32,000 nucleotides of DNA, from contig CAZKBG010000001.1 in NCBI GenBank assembly GCA_964551375.1, positions 300,001 through 332,000 on the forward strand. The letters are read 5' to 3'. Positions 8,721-15,030 of the stretch are shown piece after piece. This DNA is from an uncultured archaeon. Lineage in GTDB: Archaea; Iainarchaeota; Iainarchaeia; Iainarchaeales; JAAZKV01. The translations under genes were made by a program, and so were the position numbers. The number at the start of each line of letters is the position of its first letter. Positions within the stretch are counted from its first letter, which is position 1. Below the pieces are notes generated by a model. The model was not told where the DNA came from. It did not search any database and saw nothing but the letters and a program-made list of their open reading frames with translations.

Positions 8721-9622
8721 AGCACGGAAAAAGCCTCTTAATCATCGGCTCAAAGAATTTTAAAAAATCAACAGTGAATGCGCTTATTGAAGAAGCAAAG
8801 AACAGATTTGTTTCAGTATTGTTTGTTCCGATTGATAAAATACAAATCCAAACATCCACAGGAAAGGTCGGAATTTTTTACAAAGGGAAAAACCTTCTTG
8901 CGTTTGATGTGATTTATCCAAGAGTTTCATCAAAAGACTTTTTGCTTGGAGAAACCGTTCTAAAAACAATAGAAAGCTCAAACGCATACACCCCCGTAAC
9001 GCTTGACGCTTACCAAGTTACTAATCACAAATTTTACACTTCTCAAAAACTTTCAAACGCAAAAATCCCAGGACTTTTAAGCACTCTTTCAATTTCCCCA
9101 AAATACGCTGATTATGCGGTGAATGAAACAGGATATCCTTTTGTAATGAAAATACTATCAGGATTTGCTGGAAAAGGAGTTGTTCTTGTTAATTCAAAAG
9201 AGCAGATGGAAAGCATACTTGACGCAATGCACTTATTTGAAGAATTTATATGCACTCAAAAATTTATCAAAGGAAAAGACTATGACATCAGATGCTATGT
9301 TATCGGCGATTATGTGATTGCAGTTAAAAGAAAAGCAAAGAAAGGGGATTGGAGGGCAAATATTTCAAGAGGCGGCTCTGCTTCGCTCATAAACCCCACT
9401 CCTGAAATACTTGATGTCGCAAAAAAAGCAGCAAAGGTTCTGAAGATGGACATATGCGCAGTTGATTTAATGGAGCTAAAAAACAAATGGGTGGTAATTG
9501 AAGTAAACTTTATGCCGGGGCCGTTTAGAAAATTCCTTGGAACAATGGTGGTTCAGGAATGGATGAGACTTTTAGCCGACAAAGCCGAGAAAAAAACCCT
9601 TCTTTTAACCAGCGGGCCTTAG
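8717..9622 (+). CDS. rimK: RimK-family ATP-grasp alpha-L-glutamate (amino acid) ligase
   Basis: 301 aa with strong colinear similarity to E. coli RimK: DIRCYVIGD, KKGDWRANISRGGSA, CAVDLM...VVIEVNFMPG. Its start overlaps the upstream stop as ATGA (8717-8720). Confidence 0.9.
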   Translation: MKHGKSLLIIGSKNFKKSTVNALIEEAKNRFVSVLFVPIDKIQIQTSTGKVGIFYKGKNLLAFDVIYPRVSSKDFLLGETVLKTIESSNAYTPVTLDAYQVTNHKFYTSQKLSNAKIPGLLSTLSISPKYADYAVNETGYPFVMKILSGFAGKGVVLVNSKEQMESILDAMHLFEEFICTQKFIKGKDYDIRCYVIGDYVIAVKRKAKKGDWRANISRGGSASLINPTPEILDVAKKAAKVLKMDICAVDLMELKNKWVVIEVNFMPGPFRKFLGTMVVQEWMRLLADKAEKKTLLLTSGP

Positions 9623-9661
9623 AAAAACAATTAATAATTATCACTACATCAAATCATTACT

Positions 9662-10804
9662 ATGCTTAGGCAAAACAATCATTTTCACGATTACACAAGG
9701 CTTGACCAAAAAATCTGCCAGCTTGCAAGCGCAATTGAAACTAACGTTTTAGCATACATAAGCCCGCAAAATCTGGCTGGAGAGAAAAAAAAGTTCTTTG
9801 AAGCAATAAGCAAAAATGAACAATACAACCCGATATTTTCATACATTCCAAGAAACCCTGTTTTTTCATACTTTAACATGTCGCCCACATTCAGCACATA
9901 CAAAATGGAGCTAAAAGAACTCCTTATTGAAATCGGAGATGATTCGCTTGACCTTATTTTTGAAAAAAAGATAATTGACTTATTTGACCGAATGGAAATG
10001 CTAAGAAGCGTAGGTACTGAAAACTTTACCGGAAACGCTGAGTCATATTACGGAGGAGTGGATAATGCGACAGTCAGATTTGCAAAAGAATTTTTATCAA
10101 AAAACTTTGAGCCTGAAGAAAGGACTATCCCGTACGAAGAAGCAAAAAAGGTAATTGAAGAATTCCTTAAGAAAAAAAGATTAACTTATAAAATCAGCAA
10201 AAAAGAAACCGCTGGCTCCAAATTTTCGGTAAATATAAGAACAAAAGAAATTCTAATCAATCCAAACTATCCATTTTCAAAGAATTCGCTCAAAAGACTT
10301 ATTGCGCATGAAATTGAAGGGCATATTTACAGATACGAAAACGGATTAAGACAGCCTTACAAAATATTTTCAAGAGGATTAAGCCGAGAAACGCTCGAAA
10401 CAGAAGAAGGAATTGCAGTTTATGTTGAGCAGCAGCAGGGAATCAACATTGATTCGCAGTTAAAAGAATACTCTGGCAGAGTGCTTGCAATCTCAACTGC
10501 CATGAAACAATCATTCTATGAAACATTTCTTGAACTAAAAAAATACTTTTCTGATGAGGACGCATTTAACATCACAGTGAGGGCAAAAAGAGGGGTGTAT
10601 AGGCAGGATCAAGGAGGCGCTTTTACAAAAGACGCGCTTTACCTAAAAGGAATGCTATTAGTCCAGGACTTTTTAACCAAACAACCCATAAATGAACTTT
10701 ACTACGGCAGATACGCGACAAGCGATACTCCGCTTGTGCTTGACATTGACGGGCTAATAAAGCCAAAATACATGCCTGAATTTACAAAAGCAAAAAAACA
10801 ATAG
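9662..10804 (+). CDS. DUF1704/MATCAP-like metallocarboxypeptidase (QEGLA-motif family), paralog 1
   Basis: 380 aa. It has an HExxxH motif (AHEIEGHIYR) followed by ETEEGIAVY, the equivalent of the family QEGLA motif. Confidence 0.75.
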   Translation: MLRQNNHFHDYTRLDQKICQLASAIETNVLAYISPQNLAGEKKKFFEAISKNEQYNPIFSYIPRNPVFSYFNMSPTFSTYKMELKELLIEIGDDSLDLIFEKKIIDLFDRMEMLRSVGTENFTGNAESYYGGVDNATVRFAKEFLSKNFEPEERTIPYEEAKKVIEEFLKKKRLTYKISKKETAGSKFSVNIRTKEILINPNYPFSKNSLKRLIAHEIEGHIYRYENGLRQPYKIFSRGLSRETLETEEGIAVYVEQQQGINIDSQLKEYSGRVLAISTAMKQSFYETFLELKKYFSDEDAFNITVRAKRGVYRQDQGGAFTKDALYLKGMLLVQDFLTKQPINELYYGRYATSDTPLVLDIDGLIKPKYMPEFTKAKKQ

Positions 10805-10834
10805 AATTAAAACTCACTAAATTCAACTACTTTT

Positions 10835-11923
10835 ATGGAAAATCACATAAAAATTGCGGATAAACTAATTTACTCCTCCGCAGGAAAACTTGAACTTGTA
10901 TTTCTTGATTCAATAAATCCAATTAATTCAGCAAATGAAAAAGACGAATTTTATAAATCACAGGATAATTACCAGCAATACGAGCCATGCTTTAAGTACA
11001 CAAAAGAAATTGACTTTTCAGAACAAAAAAAGCAAATCAACAAGGCTATTTTAATGCTTAAAGGAACAGGACTTGCGGAAAAGATACTAAAGAAAAAGGC
11101 AATCCAGATGCTTTCTGAAATGGAGCTTGTTGAAAACAAAAATACAAAGAAATTCTCAAACTTTTCAAAAAAAACATACGGCAAGCCGAGCGCAAAAAAC
11201 ATAAAACTTGCAAATGAAATACTCTCAAAACCAGCAGGCGAAGAGAATTATGAGTTGACCGCCGGGGAATTAAAAAGCCAGCTTGAAGAAAGACTCTTTC
11301 GAGCCTCAATTGATTATCCTGTTATTCTTTCTGAACACATGAGCGCAAAAGCAAGCGTGCACCCAGCGGACGGAAGGATTAAACTGAATCAAAATGCAAA
11401 ATTTGGAAAAGGAGAAGCGGAAAGATTATTTGTTCATGAAGTTGAAACCCATATTTACCGACACTTAAACGGACTAATTCAGCCAATAAAGAGCCTTGCG
11501 CTTGGATTTGGAGGAGAATTTTTAGAAACAGAGGAAGGGCTTGCCGCATTTAATGAAACAAAAGCAAATGTTTCAAGCCCCCAGCAGAAAAGAATTTATG
11601 CAGGAAGACTAATTGCGGTTGATTATGCACTAAAGCACACCTTCTTTGAAACTTATGAATTCCTAAAAACATTTTTTGAGGATGAAGAAGCGTACACCAT
11701 AACTCAAAGAGTAAAAAGAGGGGTAATGTGCGCGGAAAAAGGCGCATTTACTAAAGACCACTGTTATTTTTCAGGATTAATCAAACTTGAAAAATACGCT
11801 GAGGATGAAAAACCAATAATTGACCTTTATTATGGAAAAGTTTCCACAAGAGAAGCAAAATTTGTAAAAAAGCTTTCTAATATTAAAGAACCCGCTTACT
11901 TGCCCAAGTGGCTTGACAAATAG
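10835..11923 (+). CDS. DUF1704/MATCAP-like metallocarboxypeptidase, paralog 2
   Basis: 362 aa. It has HExxxH (VHEVETHIYR) and ETEEGLAAF, and a C-terminal KRG...GAFTKD...Y..G block shared with paralog 1. Confidence 0.75.
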   Translation: MENHIKIADKLIYSSAGKLELVFLDSINPINSANEKDEFYKSQDNYQQYEPCFKYTKEIDFSEQKKQINKAILMLKGTGLAEKILKKKAIQMLSEMELVENKNTKKFSNFSKKTYGKPSAKNIKLANEILSKPAGEENYELTAGELKSQLEERLFRASIDYPVILSEHMSAKASVHPADGRIKLNQNAKFGKGEAERLFVHEVETHIYRHLNGLIQPIKSLALGFGGEFLETEEGLAAFNETKANVSSPQQKRIYAGRLIAVDYALKHTFFETYEFLKTFFEDEEAYTITQRVKRGVMCAEKGAFTKDHCYFSGLIKLEKYAEDEKPIIDLYYGKVSTREAKFVKKLSNIKEPAYLPKWLDK

Positions 11924-12090
11924 TTCTTTATGTTTCTATCGCCAGATTTTTCTTCTTTAGCTGAAAAATAACACGCAGGAAGCTCTTTTCGCTCTCTATG
12001 GTATGCAATACATTCACAGCAAATTCCTTTCTTCTCACAGTCAAAAGTACAATTGCAATTTTTCAAATTCTTTTCCTGTCTGCACTCCAT
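11896..12090 (-). CDS. small Cys-rich protein (DUF6485-like)
   Basis: 64 aa from the ATG at 12090 (MECRQEKNLKNCNCTFDCEKKGICCECIAYHRERKELPACYF). The Cys/His pattern matches a conserved small-protein family as I recall it. Its 3' end overlaps the convergent gene by 28 nt. Confidence 0.6.
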   Translation of the reverse strand: MECRQEKNLKNCNCTFDCEKKGICCECIAYHRERKELPACYFSAKEEKSGDRNIKNYLSSHLGK

Positions 12091-12231
12091 AAAATCGCCA
12101 AAAAAATAATTTTCAACTGCCCTTCCTGGCACTCAAACGACATGCGAACGATAGTGAGCCAATACAATTATTGAGTACACAGCCGAAGGCTTTTCCCCGA
12201 GGGCTTTTTCACAGCAGTGAAAAAGGGCTCA

Positions 12232-12315
12232 TGCAAGGGGACGGGCTCGAACCGTCGAACGCACTAAGCGGCCAGATCTTGAGTCTGGTGGGTTTGACCA
12301 CTCCCCAACCCTTGC
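12232..12315 (-). tRNA. tRNA-Leu (anticodon CAA)
   Basis: Manual cloverleaf: acceptor GCAAGGG/CCCTTGC, anticodon stem CCAGA/TCTGG, loop CTCAAGA, long variable arm, T-arm GACGG-TTCGAGC-CCGTC, discriminator A. No encoded CCA. Confidence 0.9.
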
Positions 12316-12347
12316 AAAAAAACTTTGAACAAAAACTTTGCCTTTGT

Positions 12348-12764
12348 TCACTTAAATTCCAAAACATCGCCGTATTTTATGTTCTTCATCGTCTTTCCGC
12401 GGATAAATACAGTGCCTTCTTCATGAGCCAAAAGCTCTGTAACAGAAGAGCTTCCCACTTTCACATCTGTAACTACAACATCTTTTTCCAAAATTTTTGT
12501 TTTCATCTTTTTCTTTAACTTTCCTGATTCAACAACGCCTGAAAGCATCATGTCAGTCCCAATATCATAAATTCCGTTGACATTGAAGAGGTTTGTCTCG
12601 CTCTCGCTGTGAACTAATTTAACTTCAAGGGCGCTTTCATCCACTTCTTTAGGCTTTGCGTGATCCGGAACCAAAATATCCTGACTCTCTGCCCCTTGAA
12701 GAATCTTTTCTTCAGGAGTATTCGCTGGCTGATTCTTTTTTTTGAAAATACCCAAAATACCCAT
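12348..12764 (-). CDS. hypothetical protein with C-terminal EF-Tu domain-2-like beta-barrel
   Basis: 138 aa from the ATG at 12764; the ORF-track TTG at 12821 is less likely. The C-terminal GVVESGKLKK...V..V......V....EG..V......NIKYGDVLEF pattern resembles translation-factor domain 2. Confidence 0.55.
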   Translation of the reverse strand: MGILGIFKKKNQPANTPEEKILQGAESQDILVPDHAKPKEVDESALEVKLVHSESETNLFNVNGIYDIGTDMMLSGVVESGKLKKKMKTKILEKDVVVTDVKVGSSSVTELLAHEEGTVFIRGKTMKNIKYGDVLEFK

Positions 12765-12854
12765 AAAAACATACTTCTTAGAAACAAATAAAAAGGATGC
12801 TTTGAAGATTAAAAAAAGCAACTTTGACGCTTTTGGAATTACTGAGAATGCTTG

Positions 12855-12868
12855 AAAAAAATCGCTGA
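12855..12868 (+). promoter_or_regulatory. shared intergenic motif AAAAAAATCGCTGA (copy 2)
   Basis: Exact 14-mer match to 7665-7678. A shorter AAAAAAATCGC copy lies at 13015-13025. It sits in the divergent intergenic region between 12764 and 13111. Confidence 0.4.
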
Positions 12869-12964
12869 AAAAGTTTTAACAGCTCAAAAAATATTTTTTT
12901 CTTCAAAAATTATGCAAAATAATTATTTTTTGACAAAAATTCCAAAAATATCTCAAAACTTTAT

Positions 12965-13024
12965 CAATTATTTCAAAATTTTCCAAATTATTTCAATATT
13001 TTCCCAATTATTTCAAAAAAATCG
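12965..13024 (+). repeat. three phased 20-bp direct repeats, each containing AATTATTTCAA
   Basis: The 11-mer AATTATTTCAA occurs at 12966, 12986 and 13006, an exact 20-bp period, about 95-145 nt upstream of the PurD-like gene. Confidence 0.7.
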
Positions 13025-13110
13025 CATTAAACTTAAATATTAGTTGCATTAAATAATATAATAGAGCAAAAAAACTTTTCTTGAACAAAATATCACTGAA
13101 GGACTGACAA

Positions 13111-14532
13111 ATGTTTTCACAAACTGATAATCAAAAACAGCCGACTCCTGTTTCTCCAATTGCAGAAGTTAAAACAAACGGCGATGCTAAACAAACTGCG
13201 GAAGTAAAACAAAACGGCGAAATAAAACAAAAAGGAAAGACAACAGAAAACCCCAAGAAATTTTTATTCATTTCATTTGAAAGCCTTAGCGGAGATTTGG
13301 CTTGGCAGATTAAAAAAGAAGGACATGAAGTAAGAGCGTTTATTGAATCAGAAGCTGACAAAGATGTTTATGAAGGATTTTTGGAAAGAGTTGACGCTTG
13401 GGAAAAATTTGTTGACTGGGCGGATGTTATTATCTTTGATGATGTTGGATTCGGCGGGCAGGCAGAAGAACTGCGCGCAAAGGGAAAGCTTGTTGTAGGC
13501 GGAAGCAAATACACTGACAAGCTTGAAGAAGACAGAGAATTTGGGCAGAATGAAATGAAAAGAGTTGGAATGGATGTTCTCCCCCACTGGGATTTTAATG
13601 ATTTTGGAGAAGCAATTGAATTTATCAAAAATAATCCTGGAAGATATGTTTTCAAGCCTTCAGGAACAGTGGCATCAGACCAGAAAGGAATACTTTTCTT
13701 GGGACAGGAAGAAGACGGCAAGGATTTGCTTCAGATATTAGAACAAAACAGAAAACTTTGGGCAAGAAAAATAAAAAGATTCCAGCTGCAGAAAATGGCG
13801 GTGGGAGTGGAAGTGGCAGTAGGAGCATTCTTTAACGGAAAAGATTTTGTTCTGCCAATAAATGTTAATTTTGAGCACAAAAAACTTTTCCCGGGAGAAC
13901 TTGGGCCATATACAGGAGAGATGGGGACTTTGATGTTCTGGTCCCAGCCAAACGACATATTCCACCGAACTCTTGAAAAAATGAAAACAGATCTCGCAAA
14001 ATCAGGATATGTTGGATATGTTGATATTAACTGCATAGCAAATGCAAAAGGAATCTTTCCGCTTGAATTCACATGCCGGTTCGGCTACCCGACAATAAGC
14101 ATCCAGCTTGAAGGAATCACAAGCGAAATTGGAGAAACATTTTACAAAATGGCGAAGGGAGAAACTTTTGAAATCAAAACAAAAAAAGGATTCCAAATAG
14201 GAATATGCATAGTTGTTCCGCCATTCCCTTTCAAAGACCAGAAAGAATCTTACATTTACAAAGATCTTTCAATTTTATTCAAAAAACCAAATCTTGACGG
14301 AGTGCACCTTGGAGAAAATAAATTGGTAAATGATGTTTGGACAATTGCGGGAGAAACAGGATATGTTCTTGTAATAACAGGCTCTGGAAACACCGTTGAA
14401 GAAGCAAGAAAACAGGCATACTCAAGAGTTAAAAATATCATGATACAAAACATGTACTACCGAACTGATATTGGACTAAGATGGTTCTCTGATTCGGATA
14501 AACTGCATACAGAAGGATACCTTTTCAGCTGA
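13111..14532 (+). CDS. PurD-like ATP-grasp ligase (phosphoribosylamine--glycine ligase family, divergent)
   Basis: 473 aa. FEHKKLFPGELGPYTGEMGT aligns to the PurD DGDxGPNTGGMG loop. PLEFTCRFGYP aligns to EFNxRFGDPE with N replaced by T. The N-terminus carries a K/Q-rich extension with a 2x36-bp repeat. Confidence 0.7.
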   Translation: MFSQTDNQKQPTPVSPIAEVKTNGDAKQTAEVKQNGEIKQKGKTTENPKKFLFISFESLSGDLAWQIKKEGHEVRAFIESEADKDVYEGFLERVDAWEKFVDWADVIIFDDVGFGGQAEELRAKGKLVVGGSKYTDKLEEDREFGQNEMKRVGMDVLPHWDFNDFGEAIEFIKNNPGRYVFKPSGTVASDQKGILFLGQEEDGKDLLQILEQNRKLWARKIKRFQLQKMAVGVEVAVGAFFNGKDFVLPINVNFEHKKLFPGELGPYTGEMGTLMFWSQPNDIFHRTLEKMKTDLAKSGYVGYVDINCIANAKGIFPLEFTCRFGYPTISIQLEGITSEIGETFYKMAKGETFEIKTKKGFQIGICIVVPPFPFKDQKESYIYKDLSILFKKPNLDGVHLGENKLVNDVWTIAGETGYVLVITGSGNTVEEARKQAYSRVKNIMIQNMYYRTDIGLRWFSDSDKLHTEGYLFS

Positions 14533-14563
14533 AAAATGCTTTAGCGCAATTTGATGTGAAAAA

Positions 14564-14977
14564 ATGACCGCAAAGAAAAAACTAATTCAAAATTTATTGA
14601 ACACTTACTGCAGATTGCGGAAATCAAAATCACACGGAGTAGGGGTATTTGCCATACGCGAGATTCCTAAAGGAACTAATCCATTCAAATTTGAAAAACC
14701 TCAAAGCTGGGTCAAAATAAGCGCAGAAGAAGTAAAAAATGCCCGCGCAGAAGTAAAAGAAATGATTGACGCATTTTATGTAATCAAAAAAGATGGAAGT
14801 TTTTGGGCAAATTCAGGCGGGTTAGCCTCAATGGGAATGTCATTTTACATGAACACTTCAAAAAAGCCGAATGTAAAAACAACTGATGACGGGGCGAATT
14901 TCAAAACAACAAGACTGATAAAAAAAGGCGAAGAGCTTTTAACAGATTACTCGGATTATGACTGGAAATATGAATAG
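14564..14977 (+). CDS. SET-domain-like protein with degenerate NHS motif
   Basis: 137 aa. It has GVGVFAIREIPKGT (GxG SAM pocket) and KKGEELLTDYSDY (ELxxDY). The NHSCxPN position reads MNTSKKPN. Confidence 0.6.
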   Translation: MTAKKKLIQNLLNTYCRLRKSKSHGVGVFAIREIPKGTNPFKFEKPQSWVKISAEEVKNARAEVKEMIDAFYVIKKDGSFWANSGGLASMGMSFYMNTSKKPNVKTTDDGANFKTTRLIKKGEELLTDYSDYDWKYE

Positions 14978-15030
14978 CACTAATATAAAAATACATTAAA
15001 TTAATTTTATTTAGAATAACTGGTGAGCAA

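Noticed and set aside
7803-9622. Assigning the RimK-like pair to cofactor tailing (CofF/MptN-type F420 or methanopterin glutamylation).
   Set aside because: This is not excluded. It seems less likely because nothing in the window points to methanogen-type cofactor metabolism, and the partners are peptidases and an acidic-tail protein. It is kept as the alternative hypothesis in the main finding.
12171-12518. 115-aa plus-strand ORF.
   Set aside because: It runs straight across the tRNA-Leu gene and the 3' end of the minus-strand EF-Tu-D2-like gene. It has no coding features.
12965-13024. Whether the phased 20-bp repeats could be a degenerate CRISPR array.
   Set aside because: There are only three copies. 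The units are contiguous with no unique spacers, are AT-rich without a palindromic core, and no cas genes are present.
12852-13043. 63-aa ORF in the AT-rich spacer.
   Set aside because: It is composed of the low-complexity intergenic repeats (IFQIISIFSQLFQ). It is better explained as a promoter or regulatory region.
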